Shown piece after piece: positions 9,788 to 18,830 of a stretch of DNA of 64,000 nucleotides. A program made the translations under genes and the position numbers. A model generated the notes under the pieces. It did not search any database. It was not told where the DNA came from and saw only the letters and a program-made list of their open reading frames with translations. The DNA lies in the NCBI GenBank assembly GCA_963733095.1, contig CAVTBV010000006.1, positions 1 through 64,000 of the forward strand. Direction: 5' to 3'. Source of the stretch: Candidatus Bathyarchaeota archaeon (GTDB lineage Archaea > Thermoproteota > Bathyarchaeia > Bathyarchaeales > Bathycorpusculaceae). The first letter of the stretch is position 1. Each line of letters opens with the position of its first letter.

Positions 9788-10348
9788 CTATAACCAAACG
9801 GGCTTTCCATCAACAACTTCCCTATGTTGCGGCTCAGGACATTGCAAGCCCAAAGCCGAAAAAACGCTCTCTTCCGTCTCCCCAGCCACCGCAACCTCCT
9901 CTTTCATCAACCCTTCACTGTACTTCAACCTAAACCCCTTCGATATTGCATAACCCGCCAGCCACATGTTATGGTCCGCTGAACCCGTGCGAATAAGCTC
10001 TTGAACACCAAACGTCTGTTCAGTTGCACGGTAAAAATCAACCTGAAAAAGACAGCCCTCAAAAGGATAGTTTATCTTTATCACACTTTTCCCAGCACAA
10101 ATTCCCTGAGCTTTCTCTTTTTTTAATAATTGAACAATCTGGTTCCAGTTACAATCAGCGCCAACCGCCACAAAATCGACGTCCCCGACTGTCGGTTTCT
10201 GTCTTCTAATAGAGCCAACAACAGCAAGCCTGTGACATAAGGGCTTCACAATATGTTCAACTCGATTGGCGAGTGTCTGTGCTTTTGCTAACTCAAGCTT
10301 TTTTAAAATTACAGGCCCTTCTCCGCCGAATAACTTTATTTGCTTCAT
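9788..10348 (-). CDS. minimal DNA polymerase X (palm+thumb only)
   Basis: GSIRR..GDVD, QVDFY third Asp, TGSADHN, EESVFSALGL..PEPQHRE; 186 aa. Confidence 0.85.
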   Translation of the reverse strand: MKQIKLFGGEGPVILKKLELAKAQTLANRVEHIVKPLCHRLAVVGSIRRQKPTVGDVDFVAVGADCNWNQIVQLLKKEKAQGICAGKSVIKINYPFEGCLFQVDFYRATEQTFGVQELIRTGSADHNMWLAGYAISKGFRLKYSEGLMKEEVAVAGETEESVFSALGLQCPEPQHREVVDGKPVWL

Positions 10349-10423
10349 GGTCAGTTCCGTTCAATGGTGACAGGAAATTTACGTATTTCGTTCTTTCCCC
10401 AAAGCTGAGTTGATAGAGCTCTT

Positions 10424-10909
10424 TTAGATGGGTTTTCTGTGGTTTATGATGTCACACACTAAATCAGGGTTTTTAGAGGAAAACACAAAGATTTTTCCTT
10501 GATTGGGAGCAATCTCAACAGCCTCTCCAAACGATGTCGTATGAGCCAATGAACCGTCAATTCCATACCTGACGCCAACCCCAAAGTATCTGCCGAGAGA
10601 GGCTCTGGTTTTTTTGCAGGATGAAATTTCGTTGAGCGCGAATGATTTCTTATCGAGCCGCCCATACTCAACTAAGAGTCTATCGTTATTGACTTGTATG
10701 CGAAGCCCTCTATAATTCCAAAAGACCAACAAAAGAACAGCCAAAATCGCCCAGGTGAACACAACCCAAAGAAGATCCTCAAACATCAACCCTTCTCTGA
10801 ACAGGACAACCCCAAAAGTCACAATAGCACCTATCAATCCAATCATAACAAATAAGCCCTTAACTAAAGCCCCTGCAGGCACCCATTCGCTGTACTTTAC
10901 ATTTTCCAT
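10424..10909 (-). CDS. membrane protein with PH-like soluble domain
   Basis: Two TM helices then a beta-rich GVGVRY..FVFSSKNPD domain. Confidence 0.65.
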   Translation of the reverse strand: MENVKYSEWVPAGALVKGLFVMIGLIGAIVTFGVVLFREGLMFEDLLWVVFTWAILAVLLLVFWNYRGLRIQVNNDRLLVEYGRLDKKSFALNEISSCKKTRASLGRYFGVGVRYGIDGSLAHTTSFGEAVEIAPNQGKIFVFSSKNPDLVCDIINHRKPI

Positions 10910-11003
10910 ATCTACGCTATCATTGGGTGACCAAATAAATTTTTGCCAAAACCCCAAGCGAGAGGCACACAAAAATGCGTGCCTACGCCTTATGTTGTGA
11001 GGC

Positions 11004-11651
11004 TTATTTTTCCTTCAATTCTGGGATTTGTTGGGTAATCATGTCCCAGTCTTCAGCAACAGCCTTTTTTATCATGGGTTTGACGTTTGCAAATACCTGT
11101 GGAAGCATAAACGTCATCCAGCCTTTAATGACCACCACTTGGTCTTTGAAGTTTAGCAGAGGAAACAGCCATCCAATTGCTGCGGGAAATCGGTCAGGTG
11201 GAATTTTACTCGACATGATTCCACCGATTGAAGCTTGTTGCGTTATCGTTGTTCTTTCTCTCAGAATCGGGTAAAGATGGGCGTCTTCTTTGTCTAAATG
11301 AATCCGCAGATGCGAATTTAGAACCGCCGTAGCTCGGGCTGTGAGGAGTGGGTCGGGCGTTTTTTGAAGATGCATTGTTTTTAGCACGTCAACCATCTTG
11401 TCGAGTTCCCGATGATCCATCAAGTACGCCCTAGCCACAAGAGGCGCAACATTGTCTACTGCGGGAAAAACCGCTGCTTCCTCTCCCTTAGCATGGTAAT
11501 CCAAGATTTCATCCATAACATGCAAGCGATTCAAAACAGGCATCAAATCCCCGCCGCCACGCGCTATGTTAAGGACTGAGGAATCAATCTGCGTCATGTC
11601 TCGGCGAAACGCGTTATGGAAGCAAAGAACTATATCGATTGGGCTTGACAA
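11004..11651 (-). CDS. hemerythrin (HHE) domain protein
   Basis: HNAFRRD, HAKGEE, DH, HLDKEDAHLYP. Confidence 0.88.
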   Translation of the reverse strand: MSSPIDIVLCFHNAFRRDMTQIDSSVLNIARGGGDLMPVLNRLHVMDEILDYHAKGEEAAVFPAVDNVAPLVARAYLMDHRELDKMVDVLKTMHLQKTPDPLLTARATAVLNSHLRIHLDKEDAHLYPILRERTTITQQASIGGIMSSKIPPDRFPAAIGWLFPLLNFKDQVVVIKGWMTFMLPQVFANVKPMIKKAVAEDWDMITQQIPELKEK

Positions 11652-11771
11652 AAAAATAACTCCACTATGGAAAAGGGGTAAAATGGATTATTAACATTCC
11701 TGTAAAGAGGGCACTTTTGGATGAATAATCCTATAGCTGAACAAAAATTTTGGTTAAAAAGAGGAATTTTT

Positions 11772-11800
11772 ACCCCGTCCCGAAAGACTGGGGTTTGCCT
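11772..11800. mobile_element. IS200/IS605-type terminal hairpin remnant
   Basis: ACCCCGTC-CCGAAA-GACTGGGGT followed by TTGCCTTG, resembling IS605/TnpB/IscB end hairpins; no tnpA or tnpB nearby. Confidence 0.55.
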
Positions 11801-11859
11801 TGATAGGTCGCTAAAGTCTGATTTTTGCTCATCATCTCCTTCCTTGTCTGTTTTCGGTT

Positions 11860-11976
11860 TTAATTAGCTAAATTTTCTTTGAGAAATCTTCGGTATTTTA
11901 TGTTATAGTACACAAAGGCTGCGGTTAACGAGCTTGTGCATAGCACAATTAGGGGAATGCTTGTTTCTGCAATCAC
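11860..11976 (-). CDS. 38-aa single-TM peptide
   Basis: GTG start after AGGTGA; MIAETSIPLIVLCTSSLTAAFVYYNIKYRRFLKENLAN*. Confidence 0.45.
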   Translation of the reverse strand: MIAETSIPLIVLCTSSLTAAFVYYNIKYRRFLKENLAN

Positions 11977-12112
11977 ATTTTTTCACCTATACGTGTGGGA
12001 AGTACAGGGTTTCTTTTGGAGCGATTTTCTTTGGGTATATTTTTTCCATTTTTCCACCATTGTTTTTGATATTGATTAGTGGTTAAATCGATATAAGGGT
12101 GTTTGTGATTTG

Positions 12113-12129
12113 TTCATAATTATTATGAA
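12113..12129. promoter_or_regulatory. perfect palindrome, candidate operator
   Basis: TTCATAAT-T-ATTATGAA in an AT-rich intergenic region upstream of minus-strand mini-ORFs. Confidence 0.4.
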
Positions 12130-12218
12130 AAGTTGAATAAAAATGATGTTTTAGCTTTTAATATAACGCAAAAGTATTGAGAGTGTGTTGTAAAATGAAC
12201 GTTTGACGAATAATCACA

Positions 12219-12869
12219 CTAAATTTTCTGAGCATGAATCACATTCCAGCTCGATTTTCTCTTCCTAAAAACCTCAACAGAACCATAGCCCGCAGAATAC
12301 AAAAGCTTCTTCATATCTTCCAACGGCACAAGACATACCTGCGTCTTAGCAATGATTTCTGCGTTCTTCATTTCGTACACTCCATCCTTAATCATCTCAT
12401 TTACGATTAGCAAGAATCCTCCCTTCTTTAAAACGCGCTTTATCTCTCGGAACGCATCAGCAAGGTTGGGCCAGAAATAATAGGTTTCAATCGCTGTCAC
12501 CAAATCAAAAAACTCAGCTTCGAAACCCATCTTCTCAGCTAAGCCATGTACAATTTCCACACTGTTCTTGGCAACGAGTTTTCTGTTGATTTGTCTTGAA
12601 TAATCCACCATGTCTAATGACTGGTCTAAACCGTACACTTTGCCCTGACTAGCCCGCCTCGCTAAGCGACTTGTGGTTTTGCCTCCCCCACAGCCCACAT
12701 CCAAAATTACAAAACCTGATTTGATGCTTACGTGTTTTAGTCCCCAAGTGGTCAAGTCCCAGTGTTCCTTGTTCATGTTTGCAGCGACTGTTCTGCCTAA
12801 AGCACCCTCTGGGCACTTATACTGGCTCCAATGGTCCTTGCCAGGTGTGTTTTTGTTCTGGGGTTGCAT
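12219..12869 (-). CDS. class I SAM-dependent methyltransferase
   Basis: ILDVGCGGG, YGLD, FDLVTAIETYYFW, RVLKKGG. Confidence 0.9.
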   Translation of the reverse strand: MQPQNKNTPGKDHWSQYKCPEGALGRTVAANMNKEHWDLTTWGLKHVSIKSGFVILDVGCGGGKTTSRLARRASQGKVYGLDQSLDMVDYSRQINRKLVAKNSVEIVHGLAEKMGFEAEFFDLVTAIETYYFWPNLADAFREIKRVLKKGGFLLIVNEMIKDGVYEMKNAEIIAKTQVCLVPLEDMKKLLYSAGYGSVEVFRKRKSSWNVIHAQKI

Positions 12870-12928
12870 TCTGAGAAATCAAGAGCCCAATTTAATAAAC
12901 TATATGTGCCTTGAGTTGATGTACAAGT

Positions 12929-13960
12929 TTAGAATGCTCGTTGTCGAGCGGTATGGCGTTTTGGGGGAAGCTCTTTCTTCTTTGGTTTACCTTTTGGTCG
13001 CCTTTTGATTCTAATTGAAGAAAGAACTTCAACAACCTGCTTTAGTTGATCATCATTAAGCACCGTTTCAGCGGGTTTCGCTTTGACATTTATGTTTTTT
13101 ATCATTTCAAAGAATTTTTTTCTCTCCAGTGCGTATGTTTTTTCTCTCATGTATGCACAGTGAAGGTCTCCATCATCAGTCTCTACTCGCGCCTTATCAC
13201 TTACCTGCAAAAACTCAATCCCTACTTTGCCACGTTTACTCAAGTCAGCCAAGTAGGCATAATCTCCAAGTTTAACCTGACTAAAAAAGTGGTAACCGAC
13301 ATCTCCCAAAACTGAGAGGTTAGTTTGCCAATTTGTTTCCTTCTTTATTTGGCGTTGAGTTTTTTTAGATATTCCAGTGGAAACCCCAATGTACCATGTA
13401 TTGATATGAGCGTTTGTCCAATCTTTGATTTGTGTGTGAGGTTTAGGTTTTTTCAGGTTTGTTTTTTTTGTTTTCTTCTGGGCTGAATTCCACATCAGCT
13501 TATATTTTTTTAATTCACCCATCGATTTGGAAGTGTCCCATAAGCTTTGTGAAAAGAAGTTTTTTGCTTCTTCTGCTTCGGGTCCTTCAAGTAGGATTCC
13601 TGTTTCAAGGTTGCTTTCAAACGCCGCTTCTGTTAAGGTAGCTGATGTTATTAGAGCGGAATCGTCAAAAATGTAGATGTTTGAATGAAAATTTTCATGC
13701 GATTTGATGCTGATGCCCTTGAAGTGTTCCATGAGGTACTGTATTTCGTACGGATTGACTTCATCGGTTTTGACGGCAAAATCATTTACTCGGAAGACAA
13801 ATCGGATATCTGCTGGAGGGTTTTTTAGGATTTCTTGTGAAAAAACTCGGTGTGCGCCCAAGCCAATGGATGGAGTGCATACCCATAGAATCTGTTTTGT
13901 GTCTAATGATTTCTGAAGAATCGTTTCGTATAGTTCTGTATTGCACAGGAATCTGGTCAT
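12929..13960 (-). CDS. phospholipase D-like (nuclease-type) domain protein with degenerate HKD motif
   Basis: FHSNIYIFDDSALITSATLT..NLETG versus canonical HAKIYIFD..SANLT..NxE. Confidence 0.75.
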   Translation of the reverse strand: MTRFLCNTELYETILQKSLDTKQILWVCTPSIGLGAHRVFSQEILKNPPADIRFVFRVNDFAVKTDEVNPYEIQYLMEHFKGISIKSHENFHSNIYIFDDSALITSATLTEAAFESNLETGILLEGPEAEEAKNFFSQSLWDTSKSMGELKKYKLMWNSAQKKTKKTNLKKPKPHTQIKDWTNAHINTWYIGVSTGISKKTQRQIKKETNWQTNLSVLGDVGYHFFSQVKLGDYAYLADLSKRGKVGIEFLQVSDKARVETDDGDLHCAYMREKTYALERKKFFEMIKNINVKAKPAETVLNDDQLKQVVEVLSSIRIKRRPKGKPKKKELPPKRHTARQRAF

Positions 13961-14179
13961 AGGTTGAAGATGTTTATTATGAAATAAAAGTTTTCCCAAA
14001 GTTCAACCTATGATATCATTTAACGTGAGTTAGCTGAATGCCTTTAAACTGCAGTCGTATCTGTCTAGCTGAAGGGGCTTCTGCATTTCCCCTTTATCCT
14101 TTTGTCTCCAAAGCTCCATGTTACCATTTGTTCTATAAACAAAAGATAAAAAAACAAACGCTCACAATACTCTTCTGTC

Positions 14180-14740
14180 TTGGTGTTAGAGTTGGCGTTG
14201 GATTGCTTTCTGCCCGACAAATCTATCCTGATAGATGCCTCAGGATGGAGCGACCTTTTGCTAGGCGTTGTAATAGGCGCACTCAAGCCGCCCCACCCAA
14301 TGCTTATGGAACGCCGAATCCCCACCTCATCCTTCCAACCACCAAACTTCAAAAACAAAAAATACTTAGAAGACGCCGTAAAAATCGTCAACGAAATAAT
14401 CTCCGTGATGCAGCCTGATTCTGAAACCTGCTTTAAGGTTTGTTCAGAATACGTCCTAACCAGCGTTGCCCTGTACCTGGAAAGTCAAGGATTCAAAGTT
14501 CAAAGAGTCGAATCCACAGGAGAGCTGAAGCCGCTGGTTGAACGAGCCTACATTCGGTGGTGCATCGAGAAGGGTGTTCCTGAAGAAATGCTCAAGGACA
14601 AAAGGAGGTTTTGGAATTTTTTGGAGTGGGTTGCTGAAAACCCACATCTACGCGAGGGTCTTGTAAAGACGGGTTGGTCAAGCTGGGAGCAAAAGTGGCG
14701 GGAAGAAATCTTTAAAAAACCCCTAAACCTACACCGCTAA
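14180..14740 (+). CDS. hypothetical protein, RNase H-like N-terminal motif
   Basis: ILIDASGWSDLLLGVVIG resembles IDDAGxGxLxxGVVIG; 186 aa. Confidence 0.6.
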   Translation: MVLELALDCFLPDKSILIDASGWSDLLLGVVIGALKPPHPMLMERRIPTSSFQPPNFKNKKYLEDAVKIVNEIISVMQPDSETCFKVCSEYVLTSVALYLESQGFKVQRVESTGELKPLVERAYIRWCIEKGVPEEMLKDKRRFWNFLEWVAENPHLREGLVKTGWSSWEQKWREEIFKKPLNLHR

Positions 14741-14792
14741 AATATTCAAAGTAGAAAGGGATTTTAAAAGTCTATTATCCTTTCTAACTCGT

Positions 14793-14999
14793 ATGTCCAT
14801 GAATCGGCAACTTGAACAACGTTTAAGGGATCTTAGGGCTGAATATGTCTATGGGCAGGAATCATTAGTTGAACTGGAAAGCAAGTGGGCGGCTCTTGAA
14901 GGCACTCTTCTTGGTTTAGGCAGCACAATTCATGTTTTAGAAGAAGAGCTTTCCAAAGAAAATGGCAGACATAATGGACTAAAACGGCAAATCAGGTAA
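14793..14999 (+). CDS. small coiled-coil protein
   Basis: QLEQRLRDLRAEY..LEGTLL...IHVLEEEL heptad pattern. Confidence 0.6.
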   Translation: MSMNRQLEQRLRDLRAEYVYGQESLVELESKWAALEGTLLGLGSTIHVLEEELSKENGRHNGLKRQIR

Positions 15000-15008
15000 A
15001 CCAGCGAA

Positions 15009-15584
15009 ATGTCGAGTAATCCCAAAAAACCCAAACAATTAACTCTGGACAGCCTGCCCCTTGCTCAAAAGCAGGAATCCACAAAATCAGCGGCTGGGGC
15101 TAAAGAAAAACAAATAATCATAACCGGAATTGCCGCATCAACCAAAGAGACTGAGTTAACGCTTAAAGTAAGTCTCAAGTTGGTCCCTTCAAAGATCTCT
15201 TTTGCGAAGGTTCACTCTGACCTATGGTTTGACGACCAACCAATCAAATCAGTCGCCCTTAGAGTATTGAAGGGGCCTTTGGCAACGGATGAATCCGAAT
15301 ACGCCGCCGTTTTGGACATGACTGGGATACCTGCAGGCACGCATAAGGTAAAAGTGGAAATGTATGAGTTATGGTCTCCAGATGAAAAATTCTGTCGAAC
15401 CTTCAAGGAAGTAACGTTGGATTATCTTCCTCAAACCCGCGAATCAAGGTTTGTGAAGGTTCCGAATGTGAAAAGTTTTGCCTGTAGAGATCTAGAATTT
15501 GTCTTTGAATCGGAGAAAGAAGTTTACCGGGATATTGAAATAACAATGAAGAAAGAGCAGTTACGCGAAAGGGACGATTGGTAG
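15009..15584 (+). CDS. hypothetical protein (beta-sandwich-like)
   Basis: 191-aa ORF, LDMTGIPAGTHKVKVEM, ends ERDDW. Confidence 0.7.
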   Translation: MSSNPKKPKQLTLDSLPLAQKQESTKSAAGAKEKQIIITGIAASTKETELTLKVSLKLVPSKISFAKVHSDLWFDDQPIKSVALRVLKGPLATDESEYAAVLDMTGIPAGTHKVKVEMYELWSPDEKFCRTFKEVTLDYLPQTRESRFVKVPNVKSFACRDLEFVFESEKEVYRDIEITMKKEQLRERDDW

Positions 15585-15899
15585 TCCCTCTGACCAGCTT
15601 AAGATTATTTCTTTTTTCCTTTAGGCGGAAGTTGATTTAACAGTGCTTTCTTTTTTGCTTCTTTTTCTCGTTCCTGTTTCTTTTTTTGTGCAAGCTGTGT
15701 GTTTTTATTTTTTCTGCTCATTGTACTCATATTTCGACACTACAAGCAAACAAGTAACGGTTCACACTCTAAAATGTTACCTTTTTTAATTAAGAACCTT
15801 CCATTTGTCAAAATACTTATCCGCTGGTTTTGAATCGAAATCATTATGAGGCAAAGCTAACTTATTGGTTTAGCATACTCTGTTTGAAGTGTGTAAGTT

Positions 15900-16058
15900 T
15901 TGACGACTAAGACTTTACTTTGCGGATGTGTTTACGAGGAAAACGAGTGGATGCTTGTTCGCATTAAAGAATGTGAGAAGCATCACAAGGAGCGGCATAA
16001 AAAGGTCGAGTACAGGCCGAAAGCGGAATGTAACCGAAACGACACCCGAGGCGAATAG
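15900..16058 (+). CDS. 52-aa Cys/His metal-binding protein
   Basis: TTG start; MTTKTLLCGCVYEENEWMLVRIKECEKHHKE...; below the ORF-track size cut-off. Confidence 0.5.
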   Translation: MTTKTLLCGCVYEENEWMLVRIKECEKHHKERHKKVEYRPKAECNRNDTRGE

Positions 16059-16062
16059 AGCC

Positions 16063-17019
16063 TCAAGTGTTATTCAGCTTTGTTTCTGTTTCTGCTACTG
16101 GTTTAGCGGGTTTTCTGTAGAAGAGCAGGGGTAACCCGACTAGTGGAAGCGACAGCATCCAAAGATCCAGATTGTGACCCAAAATCCACGCGTACCACTG
16201 GTTCCAACCGCCAAAGAAAATCCATGTCAAATAATTCCACAAAAAGTATACACCTAATGTTGTCAAAATAGCACCGATTGCTCCAAACCTTAAATTCTGC
16301 ACATTTTCTGTTCCCACCGATTTCATGGCAAAGTAAGCTGTGTAGATTGCGAGTGCAATTAACCCAACCAAAGTGGCAAAAAAACTAACAAAGTATTGAG
16401 GGGTGCTGAGGACATATCCAAATCCCTGTTGAATTACAGTGACCAACCACATTCCGCTATTGTTAAGCCAGAAAGACAAAATGTAGAATATACCCGCAAT
16501 CATAGACCATTTAATCGCTGCCTTCTCCGGTTTGTTTATCCCCAGATTCCTTGCAAGCGCGAACAGGCAAATCGGGATGCTTATAGATCCTACTAAGCAC
16601 GGTAACCCTGTTGATAAAAAGAAGCTAAGGTTAATTCCAAGTTCTGTTGGTAAGGTACCCCAGATGCCTGACGGCAAGAGACTTAACCAGTACAGGGCTT
16701 CTAATACCAAGACTATCTTCAGAACCTTGTAGGTGGAGGATTTCGGTAGACCTTTTTTGGTTAAAGCAAGAGCAACGGCGACAAGGGCAATTAGACTGCC
16801 TGCGAATCGGACTATAAGACCGGGCAACGCTGATATATCCGTAATGAAAATGCCGAAATTGAATGTATTCCCGATATTCCATTCGCCCCACCATTGAAGC
16901 GTGAACATTGCATGCAAAGTAAACAAGAAGTATGAGGCAACAACTATCAGCAACCCTACTTTCAGCGGAGTAACTTCTTTATGCTCTGCCATTAAAATCA
17001 CCGTTGGATTGAAAAACAA
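16063..17019 (-). CDS. polytopic membrane protein
   Basis: About 8 hydrophobic segments. Confidence 0.8.
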   Translation of the reverse strand: MFFNPTVILMAEHKEVTPLKVGLLIVVASYFLFTLHAMFTLQWWGEWNIGNTFNFGIFITDISALPGLIVRFAGSLIALVAVALALTKKGLPKSSTYKVLKIVLVLEALYWLSLLPSGIWGTLPTELGINLSFFLSTGLPCLVGSISIPICLFALARNLGINKPEKAAIKWSMIAGIFYILSFWLNNSGMWLVTVIQQGFGYVLSTPQYFVSFFATLVGLIALAIYTAYFAMKSVGTENVQNLRFGAIGAILTTLGVYFLWNYLTWIFFGGWNQWYAWILGHNLDLWMLSLPLVGLPLLFYRKPAKPVAETETKLNNT

Positions 17020-17118
17020 TCGGTTAGCTGCATATATTATACTTTCGGTTTGTCGCTTTATGATGAATTAAAGTTTTATATAATGAAACTGTTTGTTAAT
17101 ATTTGATGAGGGCTTGCT

Positions 17119-17343
17119 TTGGAAAAAACCAAAAAGATGACTCGTACCCTGCTTTTTGTCCTCGAAGGTATAGGCGCAGTTTTTGTCGCATTTTTCTTGG
17201 CTGCTTATCTGGGTGGCATGGTTATGAATCCATCAACCACCGTCTTGCACTCTGAACCCGCCTTCAAGATTCCACTTGCCATTTTCGGCATAGCTATTCT
17301 CGTTCTTACCCCAGTTATCGCAATAATCTCTAAGAAAAAATAG
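17119..17343 (+). CDS. small two-TM membrane protein
   Basis: Two hydrophobic helices, GAGGG upstream. Confidence 0.65.
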   Translation: MEKTKKMTRTLLFVLEGIGAVFVAFFLAAYLGGMVMNPSTTVLHSEPAFKIPLAIFGIAILVLTPVIAIISKKK

Positions 17344-17478
17344 TTTAAGGAATTTTGGGGATAGCGCTCTTTTGGCGTTAGGCACATTTCAAATTCGGTT
17401 TTCCAACAGTTTTCTTAAGGTAGTTTTTAGAGAAATAATAGTGTCTGCAACCTTGACCGAATACAATCTACTTCTTTT

Positions 17479-18111
17479 TTAACTAAATATTTGCCTTTCC
17501 CCGTTATGGAACAAGTAAACGTTGTTTATAACGGATAGTTCGCCTTTATCACAGATGAGCGCAGATCCTTTGGGAACAGCAAAAATATCCTGCTCTTTTG
17601 ACAACTCGATCAATTCTTTATCCCGACCTAACCTGTAGTGGGCTTTGAGGGTTAAATCCACAAGTCCAAGTCCTTCGATTACTTTGACTTCTGAGCTGCT
17701 TCGGTAAGTGATTACGCATTTTCGACAAAGCGCCAACGCACCCGCACTCCGCCCCACAATCACGCCCTCAAAATCCCGAAGCAAACTGTCAACTCCAAAC
17801 TCTCTCAAGCGCTGTATCAGCATGCTAGGAACCCCACCTGTCAAGTAAACGAGGTCTGATTGGGCGATTTTTGTTTTGATTTCGCCGTTTGTGCTGAAGT
17901 AGTCTACCCTGTTGACGGTGCTGGCACCTAAACTGCGGAAGTAATCGAACAGGAGTTTGCTTTTTGTGTAGGTCTTGTCAAAGGATGCTCTTGCCCAAGA
18001 AAACACAAGAATTTTCGGTTCCGCTCCTGCGTCGTTGAAGGCGGATTGATTGACTTTTTCTGCGTCTCTTCGATGGGTATTCTCTCCGCCTAACAGGTAG
18101 AACTTGGGCAT
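17479..18111 (-). CDS. peptidase S51 / dipeptidase E-like (class I GATase fold)
   Basis: YLTGG, VGRSAGA nucleophile elbow, GLGLV..AHY. Confidence 0.85.
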   Translation of the reverse strand: MPKFYLLGGENTHRRDAEKVNQSAFNDAGAEPKILVFSWARASFDKTYTKSKLLFDYFRSLGASTVNRVDYFSTNGEIKTKIAQSDLVYLTGGVPSMLIQRLREFGVDSLLRDFEGVIVGRSAGALALCRKCVITYRSSSEVKVIEGLGLVDLTLKAHYRLGRDKELIELSKEQDIFAVPKGSALICDKGELSVINNVYLFHNGERQIFS

Positions 18112-18230
18112 ACAAGGTTTGAGGCTTTATGGTTTAAAAAACTTAACTCTAAGTTGAAATTGCGAGTTTGACTTGTTTTGACGGTTGATTCCAAGAACAT
18201 TATAAGCTTTGCGTCATCCTTAGAAGCTGA

Positions 18231-18785
18231 GTGCTTGCTGTGCCAGTTACCCCTCTTCACTACCCACTAGCATTAATCCTCCACAAACTAGACTTAAAAA
18301 TAAGTCTTAGCCTTCCCGCCTTAATTGTCGGCTCAATGGTTTCAGACCTTGAAGTGCCCTTCATATGGTTGTGGACGGGTACTTGGACGCAAGATCGATT
18401 GGTTCTTCACAGTTTAATCGGCGGCTTAACCCTTGGAACACTTATCACTGTGGCATTAACCGTTTTCTTTTATCCCCGGGTCGTGAGTAGAATTTTCTCA
18501 ATCAACAAAGAGAGTGTTAAAGAAAACTGCCGCCTGTCGCTTGCACTTGTATTTTCTGGTTTGATTGGAGTGCTATCTCATGTGCTGCTAGATGTCGCAA
18601 ACCACGCTTACAATCCGTTGTTTTGGCCATTCGTTTAGTTGTTTCAAACGCCAAGCCCCATAGTTCCTCTGCTGGGCGGAAAAGATGTGGCTTCGATAGT
18701 AGTATCTGGCGTTATGTTTGCAGTTTTAGTTGTCATCTTTATTAAGAATCGTGGGAATTTCTGGGAACGACTCTTAGTAAGTTAA
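18231..18785 (+). pseudogene. DUF4184-like membrane protein with in-frame amber stop
   Basis: PVTPLH, GSMVSDLE, HS, SHVLLD, NPLFWPF; TAG at 18636-18638 then in-frame LFQTPSPIV...WERLLVS* to 18785. Confidence 0.7.
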
Positions 18786-18830
18786 TCGGTAAGGTTATTA
18801 GGCTTAAAAGAAGAGTAACCGCGATCTAAC

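Noticed and set aside
15600-15730. Lys-rich minus-strand mini-ORF in a T-rich tract
   Set aside because: Homopolymer-rich and equally explained as terminator sequence; frame uncertain
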